Shown piece after piece: positions 1-13,513 of a stretch of 64,000 nt of DNA. The DNA lies in NCBI GenBank assembly GCA_050613775.1, contig JBODTK010000147.1, positions 248,001-312,000 of the forward strand, given 5' to 3'. The stretch comes from Neocallimastix sp. 'constans'. Lineage: Eukaryota. How positions within the stretch are numbered: the first letter of the stretch is position 1; every line of letters begins with the position of its first letter. The translations under genes were made by a program, and so were the position numbers. The notes beneath the pieces were generated by a model. That model did not search any database. It was not told the DNA's origin and saw only the letters and a list, made by a program, of their open reading frames with translations.

Positions 1-811
1 ACCAAAAAATAATAAAATAAAAATAAAAATAATCTTATTCCTTTCTAGAAATAATAATATAAAACTAAAAAATAAAACTAAAAAAAATAAAACAAAGAAA
101 TAAAAAATAAAAACTTTATATCTATATCTATATCTATTATCAAAATAAAAAAAAAAAAAAAAAAAAATATTATCTAATTATTAACTATGGTAAAATAAAA
201 ACAAACAAATAAATAAATAAATAAATAAAAAAATGAAATGAAAATAAAATTAAAGCAAAAATAATTATAAAAACAAGAAACAAAGAAAAAAAATGTTTAT
301 TAAAAATTATTTTATTAAATTTGAGTGTATTTTATATATGGTGCAAAGTATTGTGTTAAATATATATATATATATATGAATAATTTGAGTGTATATTTTT
401 AAAAAGTTTTAATTGGGGGGGGGTTGTATTATTTTTTTATTATTTAATCTCTCTTTCTATATAAAATAGTGGAAGGAAAAGTATCTAGAATTAAATAAAA
501 TAAATATGGTGTAAAATATTGTATTAAATAAATATAGATATAGATATAGATATAGATATAGATATAGATATAGATATAGATATATAAGATATATAAATAA
601 TTTGTGTGTTTTTTTTGAAAAATTTTATTGGGTGTACGATGAATGTTGGTGATGAAGCTGACCCCGATAATCTATTTGAATATGACATGATTTCTCGATG
701 ATTGTTACTTTACCCTAACAACAACACTATCTATTTATCTATAAGCAAAATATAAAAAATATAATATTATATGGTATTTGTTATTTTTGTAAAAAATAAA
801 AATAAAAAAAA

Positions 812-882
<71 letters not shown>

Positions 883-1326
883 AATCATATAATTTCCCCT
901 TATTAGATCTTTTTGTAATATACACTTTAAAATAAAAAAAAAAAAAAAATTATTAAAAACAATATAAAACATTTATATATATATATATATAAATTTTTTT
1001 TATTATTATTTATTGTTTATTATAAATATTTATCTATTTATCTCTCTATTTATTTATTTATTTATTTATTTATAATTAATGATGATTATTATAATTCTTA
1101 ATTATAGATAGTTTTGACGATAATTCATATACATATATATATTTATATATATATATATTTTTTTATTTACAAATTATTATTATTGATTTAAATATTAAAA
1201 GTTTTTTTTTTTTTTTTATTTTTTTATTTTTTTATTTTTTATTATTATCATTATTTTTTTATTCTTTATTGTCATCATTATTTTTTTATTTTTTTTTTTA
1301 TTATCATTATCATTATTTCATTATTA

Positions 1327-4300
1327 TTATTCTACATTATTAACAAAATTAATAAAGACTTGTTCAAGCGAATATTGTCCGAAATTGTATTGACTAATGA
1401 TGCCTGCTTTTTTCGCTTGTTCCATAACGGAAAATACATTGGCAATATTTTCGGTTTTCATTTGAACAGAATACTTTTGATAACTGATCGAGGATTCTAA
1501 TTGATAATTTTCATTGGAGGCTAGACCAAATATATTTTGGCCACGAACATACACCTCTTCAAATTCTTCAGGCCTATCCGTAAATACTTCAAGAATATAA
1601 CTGTGACTATGATTCATCTTAATACTCTTTGGCGAATCCACACAAACAAGACGACCCTTAATCAAGATGGCAATACGATCACAGAGGGCCTCCGCTTCTT
1701 CCGTGGAGTGGGTCGTTAGAATGGTAGCGGTTTCACGAACTTTTTTCAATTCAGAAATAAGTTTCCACATGTAACGACGTGTGAACGGATCCATACCTGC
1801 ACTGGGTTCATCCAAAATAAGATAATTTGGAGAGGAACAGATGGCAACAATTAAGGAAAGTTTACGCTTGGTACCACCACTAATTTCACTTACCTTTTTA
1901 TTTAAATGAATTTCAATACCACATGCTTCCGCTAAGGCCTTCGTATAACGTGGAATATCTTTTCTTGGGTAGCCACAAATATTCAGGTAAAATTGAATGG
2001 TTTCCTTCACCGTCAGTAACTTCCAAAGAGAATCATGTTGAGAACAGTAACCGAGAGATAAATCAGGCATATCGGTTTGACTTATATCTTTATCACCATA
2101 CACGACTGTTCCATGGGTATGAGATAGGAGACCAGTAATCATAGAAATTGATGTTGTTTTACCCGCACCATTAGGACCTAAAAGACCAAGACATTCACCA
2201 ACATCAACACCAAAAGTAACATCATCTACAATACGATTAATATGTTTATTCTTTTTCTTATCATAAATAATTCTATTATCCATTTTTTGGAAGGCACTTT
2301 TTTTACCATTATTATTATTATAATCACCATTATTATTAGCATTAGCATTAGCATTTTCCTTTCTTTTTTTCCTTACTTCATTCATATTTATTTTGAAATC
2401 TTTATTAAGTTGATAAACCTTCAAAGCAATTTTCTTTGAGAGGTTATTATCTCCATTTAAGGAATAGCCGACTCTCTTCCATTCATTTAATACATCTTTT
2501 GGTCCTGTTTCTAATTTTTTATCGAGAATTTGACGTTCTGCTGGCGTGTAATTTGTATTCTTTTTAAGTACTCTTGATTTAGATTTTTCAAAGAGATAAA
2601 GAATGATCATATAGAAAAGAATTAAAACTATCATACCAGCAATTAAAATAACAAAATTATTGGTTCCTCTTTCCTTCATAAGTTCTGAGAAGGAGGGTAT
2701 TTTTTTATCAAAGAATTTCTTTGCTAATAATTTTGACTTTTCCTTATTGGAAAGATCATCTCGTTTCATGGTATCCAGGGCTTCAGTGAGCATGAAAGAT
2801 AGAATATCCTCTTTCGTAATACTTATTTTTCTAATTAAAATATAGCTTGTCAATTTAGTGTACAGTAGGACAATAGTCGCCGGGGCAAATAAAACTAAGA
2901 CCAAATAATATTTATATTGCCAAAAATTACCATCCTTCCTGACCTCATCGGTAACCTCTTTATCATCTTTTACTAATGCATTAACATCAATACTACTGAT
3001 GACCGCGATGACTATGGCGTAGATACCAATTAAAAGAGAAAGGATAGGATTTACGATAATGAATAAGGTGGAAACTTTTTCATATTTCTTATAGAAATAA
3101 CTGGCAATGTATTGGTGTAATAAACTTGCCAGAGCCCAAGTGATCGATATGATCACCGTATAGCCGATGACTTTCGTTTTAAAGATACTGATTTCATTAA
3201 ATATACCGGTAATGGCAATGAACATCATAGGAACTAAAATACAAATGGCATCACTCAATAATACACCAATCCAATAGTTAATACGTTTGGTTCCATTCAA
3301 GAAAAGTTGATGGGTGATTCCTTCTTCCCTCTCTTTCACCGTTAAGGGTCCAAAAATTGAAATGGAAAGGGAAATCGCAATAGCCATAGCAACGATTAAA
3401 ATAGGCTCTAAAATCAACTTCGCTAGCTCTGGCATAATATTAAATTGATTATTTTCATCATTCTCGGTATAAAGTTGATTTGGATAGTAATCAAGAGGCT
3501 TATACGTCACCGAGATTTGACGATTGATTTGGTTTTGTTCCAGAACGGCATTACTGAGAAGATTAATGGCTATTGGAATGGCATAGTTATAGGTCATATT
3601 AGTATAAATAAGGAATTCTGGGGTTTGTTGAACATCTTTTCCATCAAATCCACCAATATACTTCATATCCCCTCTTAGTTTATTGGAAGAAAAAGAAAGC
3701 TCTTTCTCATAGTTGAGGGATTGTATCGAAATCTTTGAATGAGCACCAATTTTATTAACTATTTCTGCAGCTTGACCCGTGGAAGTGGAATCCTTGAACC
3801 ATTGAACATCCTCATAGATGGAGGGTTGAATATCTAAGGCCTTAAACTGAACGGGTTCATCCATTTGTTTAATAATCATATTTTCAAAATAAATACAGAG
3901 AATAATTAAGCATACCGGAATGAGGGTATAAAGTAAAGCAAAGGTCTTATTTCTAATGAATATCTTAAAACGAAGTTTCATAATCGAAAGAATCTGTTGT
4001 AGGGAAGAGGAGTGATTAAAATTAGTTTTTCCAAAGACTGGGTTTAACTGGTCAATTAATTTGGAACTATCCTTATCCATATCGACGGCGGCAAAACCTT
4101 TTCCTTTTTGGGATTCATCGCCTGTTTCATTCGTATTACTTTCTAATTTAATAAAAAGTTCTTCCAAGGTAGGGGCAGTTAATGAGAAATTCTTAATACT
4201 ATTACGGCCATCCTTAATTAAGTAATTTAACCGTTCAAAAATAGTTTTGAAGGACTCCGAATACTTCATTGGTAATAAATAGGTCACAAGATAATCTTCT

Positions 4301-6679
4301 TTTAATTCGGCATTGGAATGATTGGAATCATTTTCAAGATGAACATGAATATTCGTATTACTGATGCCTTTATTCTGAAGAGAACCAGGACAACATTTTT
4401 CAATAAATTCATCTATTAACAGGCAATCTTTTGGATCTTCAACATGGATATCGAGGGAATAGTTCATATTGAATCGGTTTTTCAAGAAAAGACTGGTACC
4501 TAAACAACTAATATTACCATTTGAAATAATCATTTTTCGATCGGCTAAAAGATCGGCTTCATCCATATAGTGGGTGGTAACAAACATTACACGTCCCTTC
4601 TTCTTTTGGGATAATAGTTCCCAAATATTCTTTCTGGAGTAAGGATCAAGACCAGTGGTGGGTTCATCTAAAAAGACATATTTAGGGGAACCCAGAAGGG
4701 CCAGGGTAATACAAAGTTTTCTTCTTTGACCACCACTAAGTTGCTTTGGATAATTATCCTTCTTATCTAGTAAATCAATATCTCTGAGAATCTCATCGAT
4801 ATTAACGTTAACATTCTTAATACCAGCGAATAATCTGACGTGTTCAGCAAGCGTTAAACTATTATTGAAGGTATCAAATTGAGGACAGTAACCAAATTGT
4901 CGACAGATCTCGGTTTCATTATCGGTAATCGGTACATCATCATAGTACACCTCACCATGGGAGGCAGAAAGAATACCGGTCATGATACTAATTAAGGTAG
5001 TTTTACCGGCACCATTATGACCTAAAATAGCAAATATTTCATCGTAGTAGGCATTAAAATCAATATTTTTTAATATTTCAATATTTTCTCTCTTCACCTT
5101 AAAGCTTTTTCCAACGTTTTTTATTTCAACAGCTTTACTCAAGCCTTCTGGATCCTTTTGAATGAAAGGACTACTGCTATTGCTATCAGGATCAGTAGTA
5201 CTTATCTTCTTCTTCTTATTACGACGGAAAAGATCGGTAATAATGAAATGCCATTTTCTGTGGAAATTATTACCTTGAGGTAAAACATTATCAAGATAGA
5301 TAGCGATGATGAAATAAGCAATTAAGCTAGTCACTAAACCTAAAAAGTAATTTCTTAGCAATTTATTTTTTAACATATTTAAGAAAGTGACGGTTAGTTT
5401 TTGCTTTTCCAATTGGATAAGATAATTAAAAATGGAAAGAAAAGATATTGGGGAAATGGTGAAGGTACAAATTAAATGTGCTTTTGGTTTTCTTTCCAAT
5501 CCTCGATTAACAAAGTAAATAGCGAAGAAGGCAACGATAATCATCACACCAATAGTATTAGCGGTTTTAGATTTTTTAATTAAGGTAGAAAGAACGAAAG
5601 AGATACAACAACAAGATAAACCATAGAGAAGCATAACAATGATTAAAATACTCCAATGAATGAAAATAAACAGCTTAAAGTAATACATAGCAAAAGAAAC
5701 AATAATTGAACTTATGATAATAATGATACCATAGGTGACAGCCCATGATAACCAGAAAGTAGATTTTCTTAAACCAATGATAATTAAAGATTCCTTAATT
5801 CTTGTTTCTTTTTCAATGACTAAATTAGTAAGTAAACTGGAAATACAAGGTACAAAATAAAAGAGCATAAAGAAGGGAACAAAATCTTCAACTTGATTTT
5901 CCTTTAATTTTAAGCTATAACCTTTTTTAGCCATGATTTTATAATTTACTTTAATTTCTTGAGCATTTGGTGATAAAATTTTAATTAATGCCTTATCGAT
6001 CATATACTGTATTCTATATAAGTCATCAATATGAGATGAATCAAAAACTGGAGAATTATTCATTAAATATTCATGTAATTCCATATTGTGGTTATCAAAA
6101 TGTATAGTATATTTTGATAATGAGGAGAAAGCAATAGCATAATATTTAGTACTATAATAATCATCATTTAGGTAATCTTTACAACTCTCAAGCATTTCAT
6201 ATTCGGAATTAAAAATATGAATTTTCATTTCATAAATTTGCCTTACATCTAAATTATCAATATCATTATTTTCTGGTGGTAAGTCACCTATAGGGTTATC
6301 TTGTCCCTCAACATCATTTTCAAAAAGAATAGAATCATTAGCTCTCTTGACAAAATCAATATCTAATAATTGATTATTATTGTTTTCTATTTCATTCTGA
6401 TATGTAAAATTTTTATTACTATCAATTAAGGTAAAATGACTTAAATAGACACTATTTTTAAAATTTTCTATAAACAAATCTTGTTTATTTTTATCAAATT
6501 CTGATGGAAAAGCAAAATAAAAATTATAATAAATTTCAGAATATTCGTTTGATGGAAATTCATCAAATTTGTTAATTTGTTGATTATCATCTATATCTTC
6601 ATATTCCTCAACTACATCTTTATATTTTGAATTCTTTGCTATATCATTTAAAATTGTATTTAATATTAAATAATTAATA

Positions 6680-6711
<32 letters not shown>

Positions 6712-6773
6712 GTAATTAATAATTAATAAATTGATTCTAAATTATAAATTAATAAATTTTAATAACTCATTAT

Positions 6774-6816
<43 letters not shown>

Positions 6817-7050
6817 CTTTTATCTTTTATTTTATTTTATTTTTATTTTTATTTTTATTTTTATTTTTTTTTTACTTGTTTTTATTTATATTTATATATA
6901 TATTATACATTCTTTAAAATTAATATTTCATTTACCTATAATATAAATGATTATTGTTGGAATAATAATCTCTAATATTGTAGAAAATACAGACCTTCTT
7001 TTAAGTACTGTATTTCTCCATAACAACGTTCTTAACTGGTGAAAAAACAT
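1327..7050 (-). CDS. Full-size ABCA-subfamily ABC transporter (TMD-NBD-TMD-NBD), paralog 1; exons 6936-7050 and 1327-6638
   Basis: ATG at 7050 gives MFFHQLRTLLWRNTVLKRR, a typical ABCA N-terminus. A GT..AG phase-1 intron (6639-6935) joins in frame to the 1716-aa ORF. Two Walker A motifs (GHNGAGKTT, GPNGAGKTT), signatures LSGGQ and ISGGT, Walker B DEPT/DEPS, and C-terminal SLEQVF. Confidence 0.95.
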
Positions 7051-9624
7051 ACTATTATTTTTTATTTTTTTTAAATTTCTATTATTATTATTATTATTTA
7101 TAATAATTATATAATAATTATCTAATAATAATATATTATTATTTTATTTTTTAAATTTGTTTTTTTTTTAGTTAATCTTTTTTTTTTTTTTTTTTTTCTT
7201 CTATTTTATTTTATTTTTCTGTTACTTAATTTTTGATATTATTATTTTAATAAAACAATATATATAAAGATAATTAATAGTATTTATTTTATGATATTTG
7301 ATTTCTTTTATATGTTTCGAGTACTTTAAATAATATGAAAAAAAAAAAAATTTTAATTATATATATTTTTTATGTTATATATAGATAATAGTAGAGCTCT
7401 TTATATATATTAATGATAATTTGAAATTTTATATTTAAATATATATATACTTTAATTTCAATTATTCTTTAAAATATTAAATTGTTTATATATATTTTAA
7501 ACATTGACACTTGAATAGGTATATTTAGACTTTTAAATAAAAAACTGTTTTAAATTTTAATTTATTTTCAATTAAAAAAAATAAAAAAAAAAAAAAAAAA
7601 AAGATTTTATTATTAGATCGAAGTCCTCTTTTTATTTTATTTTTTTTTTATTTTATTTTTTTTAAAACTTAATTCAGTGGATAAAAAAAAATTAAAATTA
7701 TAAAAAAAAAAAATTTTTTTTATTATTATAATTTTTATTATTATTTTATGTTTAATATAATATAATATATTGATTGTATTTAAATTATATATATTTCATT
7801 ATATTTTATATATATATAGATTAAATGCTTATTAATATTTTTTAAATTCATTCCTTTTATTCCAATAATAATTTTAATATTATTAATTTTTAATTAAAAA
7901 TAAAATTATATATTTAATAATTATAATATTCATAATTAAAATCTTTTTATTTTATTTTATTTTTTATTTTATTTTATTTTTTATTTTATTTTATTTTTTA
8001 TTTTTTATTTTATTTTTTTTTTATAGAGTCTAGAAATTTTAAGTTTTAAAATTATATTTAATAAAGGTAAATAACTTTATTTAATAAGGAAAGGAAATAG
8101 GATCCATTTATTCTATTCTAGGTTAATTTGACTCTACCAAGTTAACACAAATCATTAAAAAAAAAAAATAATTAATTAATTGAACCTTAAATTTATTAAC
8201 AATAATAAAAAAAAAAAAAAAAAAAAAATTAATTAAAATTCATTCATTTTTACATCCTGAACTAGACAATTATTAAAAATTAGGATATATTTTATTATTT
8301 AAGATTATGTTGGATATATAGTTTAAAATAATTCTATACAATTATATATATATATATTTATAATAATATCTAACATATTAATTTACATCTTAAAAAAAGA
8401 ATAAGGCATTTTGGGTCTAGAATATATAAATTAAATAATTTTAATTGGTTATATATTTTTGAATAAATTATTATAATTATTATTATTATTATTATTATCA
8501 TTATTATTATTATTACTTGAAATTATATAATTATTATTTTTTTTTTATTTATAATACAAAATATAGTATTATTATTTATAAATTTTATACAATTAATAAT
8601 AATATTATAATTTATAATTACTTTTAATAATTTATTATTATAATTTTTTTTTTTTAATATCAATCGTCAATGATTTTATTTCTTAATAAGGAAGAGAATC
8701 ACTATAATTTATAGATAAACTTTCTGGTTAGAAATGGATGAAAGTTTTAAAATTTAACAATTTTTTTTTTTTTTTTTTTATTTTTTGATATATATATATT
8801 TGATTTGTAAAAATAAATCATATTATAATATCATAATAATATTATAATCAAATTGATAGATATCTAATTAAATAACTGTTATAAATATAAATTAATATTA
8901 ATATAAAATTTTAATATTTAATTTTTTGTTTACTCCTGAAAAAAAAGAATAAATTAAAAAAGATTAGATCTCGACTCTTATTATTACTTTTTTGATATAA
9001 TGTATTTAATAATTAAATAAATAAAAAAAGGATCGTAACAATTTATTATATATATAGATATATATAAAAAAAAAAAAAAAGAACATTCATTTAATAATTT
9101 AAATAATAAAAAAAATATATATATAAAAGGATAATCATTTAATAATAAATAAATTATAAAGAACTAATATAAATTTAAAAAAAAAAAATAAATAAAAAAT
9201 AAAAAAATAAAAAATAAAAATATTAAGAAAATTCATTTAAAAGAATATTCAATTTAATAATAATAAAATTATAAATAAAATTTAAAATTATTATAGTTTT
9301 TTAAAAGTCTCTTAAAGACTTAAAGTTATTCCTGTTTTAAATTAAAATATTTAAATTTAAAATCAAATCAAATCAAGTCAAATTAAATTAAATTAAAAAT
9401 AAAAATAAATAAGAACATATGGTAGGGTAAGAAAGAGAAAAAAAAATTAATAAAATATTATTAAAGTTAGTTAATAAAATTTTGATGTGAAAATTTATTT
9501 TATATGAAATTTAAAAGAAAAAAAAATTTTTTTTTTATATTATATTAATGAATATCTTCTTTTTTATTTAAATATTGTTAAATTATATATAATTTGTTGT
9601 TGAATTATAATATTTAATTCTTTT

Positions 9625-9669
<45 letters not shown>

Positions 9670-9735
9670 AAAAGAAATAATAAAAATAAATTCTATTTTT
9701 TATTTCACTAATTTTTATTATATATATTACTACTG

Positions 9736-9766
<31 letters not shown>

Positions 9767-9965
9767 ATATTTTTAATTTTTAATTTTTAATTAATTCTAT
9801 TCTTTAATTATTTTTATTATTATTATTATTTTTTTTTTTTTAATTATTTTTTTAATTTTTTAAATTATCTTCAATTTTTTAATTATTTTCTAATTTTTTT
9901 TTAATTTTTAATTATTTTCTATTTTTTAATTATTCTCTACTCTATTTTTCAATTTTTAATTATTT

Positions 9966-10005
<40 letters not shown>

Positions 10006-10112
10006 GTATTGTGTTATTGTACAGGATTCTAATTTATATTATAAATAAGAATATTGTTGATTAAAATATATATAAATATTCATATATATATATTTATATA
10101 TTTAAAAAATTA

Positions 10113-10150
<38 letters not shown>

Positions 10151-13035
10151 TTACTTAATATGTTCCTGAAAGCTAAAACAATAAAGTAATAAAAAAAATA
10201 ATAATAATAAATTATAATAAAACAATAAAAAAATAAAACAATAAAAAAAAAAAAATTATAATTTATATATATAAATGAAAAAAAAAAAAAATGATGATGA
10301 TGATGATGACGATGAAGATGACCATATTAATTTTATGTAAATTTGCTTTATTCAGCCTTATTCACAAAATTAATAAAGACTTGTTCAAGAGAATATTGTC
10401 CAAAGTTGTATTGAGTAATATATCTACGTTCTTTAGCATATTCCATCATAGAAAAGACATTAGCAATATTTTCAGTTCTCATTTTAACTGAATACTTTTG
10501 ATAACTAAATGAAGATTCTAAATCATATTTTTCATCTCTATACAATCCAAAGATATTATACTTTCGTACAAATTCTTTTTCAAATTGATCCGGATAATTA
10601 GTAAATACTTCAAGAATATAACTGTGACTATGATTCATCTTAATACTTCTTGGCGTATCCACACAAACAAGACGACCCTTAATCAAGATGGCAATACGAT
10701 CACAGAGAGCTTCCGCTTCTTCCGTGGAGTGTGTCGTTAAAATGGTAGCGGTTTCACGAACTTTTTTCAATTCAGAAATAAGTTTCCACATGTAACGACG
10801 TGTGAACGGATCCATACCTGCACTGGGTTCATCCAGAATAAGATAATTTGGAGAGGAACAGATGGCAACAATTAAGGAAAGTTTACGCTTAGTACCACCA
10901 CTAATTTCACTTACCTTTTTATTGGTGTGAAGTTCAATACCACAGGCTTCAATTAACGCTTTCGTATAACGAGGAATATCTTTTCTTGGGTAGCCACAAA
11001 TATTCAGGTAAAATTGAATGGTTTCCTTCACCGTCAGTAACTTCCAAAGGGAATCATATTGAGCGGTGTAGCCGAGAGATAAATCGGCCATATCTGTTGT
11101 ACTTAAATCTTTATTACCATACACGACTGTTCCATGGGTATGAGACATGAGACCAGTAATCATAGAAATTGATGTTGTTTTACCCGCACCATTAGGACCT
11201 AAAAGACCAAGACATTCACCAACATCAACACCAAAAGTAACATCATCTACAATACGATTAATATTTTTCTTCTTGTTCTTATCATAAATAATTCGATTAT
11301 CCATTTTTTGGAAGGCACTTTTTTTACCATTTTTTTCATTTTCATTTTGATCTTTTTCATTAAGATTAGCTTTACCATTTTTATCATTGTCATTCTTCTT
11401 TTTATTGTTGTTGTTGTTTTTTTTGTTTAATTTTTTGACATCACTCGCCTTCAAGGAGAAGTCCTTATTTAGTTGGAAGACCTTCAGAGCAATTCGATTG
11501 GCAAACTTACTACCATTATTGAGGGCTTGTTTCACTCTCCACCATTCATTATAGACATCTCTTGGACCATTTTCAAGCATTTTATTCTTCAATTTACGTT
11601 CTTCCTCCGTATACTCTGAATTCTTTTTAACAATCCTTGCCTTTGATCGTTCTAACAGATAGAGAAGAACGGCGTAGATGACAAGAAATACAACGGCAAC
11701 GATGAGTAAAACCAAAAACTTGTCTTCCTTTGACTTAAATATTTCACTAATGGTTGGAATTTTATCCTTGAAGAATAAATTAGTTATTAATTTCGATTTT
11801 TCTGATTCTGAAATTGATTTGGCATAGATATCTTTCACATCCTTTCTGAGAACAAACTGGGCAATTTCTTCTTGAGTGATTTTTATTTTATGTTGGAATA
11901 TAAGACTAGATAATTTAATGTATAAGAAAACAATCATGGAGGGTGCATATAAAAACAAGAGAAGATAAAAGAAATATTCTCCAAAGCCACCTTTTTTATT
12001 TTCATTGTTTTCTTTTTCATCAGTATCGTCTACGGAACTTATTATTGAAATAATTAATGCATAGACTCCCATACAGAGGGAAAGAATAGGATTAATGATA
12101 ATGAAGAGGGAAGAAACTTTTTCGTATTTTTTAAAGAAATAACAAACCACATATTGATGTAAGAGACTTGAAATTCCGCATATGAAAGTCACCGTTGCGG
12201 TATATGCGATGACTCTAGGTTGATAAATATCTAAATTACTGAATATACCTACAACGCCAATAAGTAAAAGAGGAACAATGAGACAGATACCATCACTAAT
12301 CAAGACACCAATCCAATAGTTTATTCGTTTAGTACCGTTTAAGAAAAGTTGATGGGTAATGCCATCTTCTCTTTCTTTTACGGTTAAAGGACCATAGATA
12401 GAGACAGAAATGGAAGTCGTGATGGCAATAGCTACAATTAACATTTGTTCCATGTACATTTTAAGTTGTTCCCCTGCAATATTAATGACTCTATTGACAT
12501 CATTTTCATCGAATTTACCTTCTTCAACATAATCAAATGGTTGAAGGGTGATAGAAATTTGTTCATTAATATTATTTTGTTTTAGAATGCCATTACTGAG
12601 AAGATTGAGGGCCATTTGAGTAGCAAAAGTGAAAGTAATATTATTATATATAGTAAATTGTAAATTCTGTTGTGCGTCTGTGGTACCCTTTATACCTCCA
12701 ATATAAAAGGCATCGTGAGTTAACTTTTTAGAAGCAATGGTAAGTTCATTTTCATAATTGACTGGATTAAATTTGAGTTTAGAAGCATTTTCTGCTTGAT
12801 TAATGATATCCATTGCTTGTCCTGTGGAAGAAGAATCTTTAAACCATTGGCCGCTTTCATAGAGAGAAGGCTTAATTTCTAAGGGTTGGAAGGTTCTAGG
12901 TTCATTGACAGACTGAATTTCCTTATTTTCGTAATAGATACAGACCATAATGAAACAGAGAGGAAGGAGAGTATAGAGAAGAGCAAATGTTTTATTTCTT
13001 AAAAAGATTTTTATACGAAGTTTAACGATCGACCA

Positions 13036-13110
13036 GCCATGTTGGTCCAGTCGGTTAGGACGATACAGGTTACTGTAGAGGGCGGGGTTCGAATCCTCGG
13101 CATGGCACCA
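13036..13110 (+). ncRNA. tRNA-like SINE head / internal Pol III promoter (not a functional tRNA)
   Basis: Acceptor GCCATGT/GCATGGC, D stem GTCC/GGAC, T arm CGGGG-TTCGAAT-CCTCG, then A+CCA. The anticodon arm TACAG-GTTA-CTGTA has only a 4-nt loop. Confidence 0.85.
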
Positions 13111-13476
13111 AATAATCGGATGAGGTTTCTATCCTGGGATATCATGAGACCACACGTGATGTCCATAAGGCTTTCCCTCAGATGATTATTTCACCCAACC
13201 CTGATACTACGCTTTGAATTGAAGCATAGACCTTGATGATTGTAAAAATTCCAATCGCCAATGATTACACCCACTAGGGAGGAGTTAATGGTTCCGTTCT
13301 GATGCTCGTGGTCATTAGAGATATATGTAGGAACGTTAGGAATGCATCTCCGGGCAGTGTGTAACGACGATTGAGAGCGGCGAAGCTGATACAGTATGCC
13401 AATAACTCATCACCTTACAGTTAATTAATAACTGTATGGCCATATGGGAGATGGGTACCCATATGTGCAAGTCTAT

Positions 13477-13507
<31 letters not shown>
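13036..13507 (+). mobile_element. Full-length tRNA-derived SINE with poly(T) tail and 15-bp target-site duplication
   Basis: TSD TTTAACGATCGACCA at 13021-13035 and 13508-13522. 75-nt tRNA-like head with A box (TGGTCCAGTCGG) and B box (GGTTCGAATCC). Structured body, LINE-like 3' region, T run at 13478-13510. Confidence 0.93.

Positions 13508-13513
<6 letters not shown>

Noticed and set aside
13036..13110. Functional tRNA gene
   Set aside because: The anticodon loop is only 4 nt, CCA is encoded, and the unit is the head of a TSD-flanked insertion.
13111..13305. C/D-box snoRNA(s) inside the SINE (TGATGA and CTGA motifs)
   Set aside because: The motifs are short, no convincing terminal stem is present, and I recognised no rRNA-complementary guide. 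A snoscan run would be needed.
13400..13425. Splice donor GTAAGG on the minus strand that could remove the SINE
   Set aside because: It lies just downstream of the in-frame stop at 13421, so it cannot restore a full-length protein.
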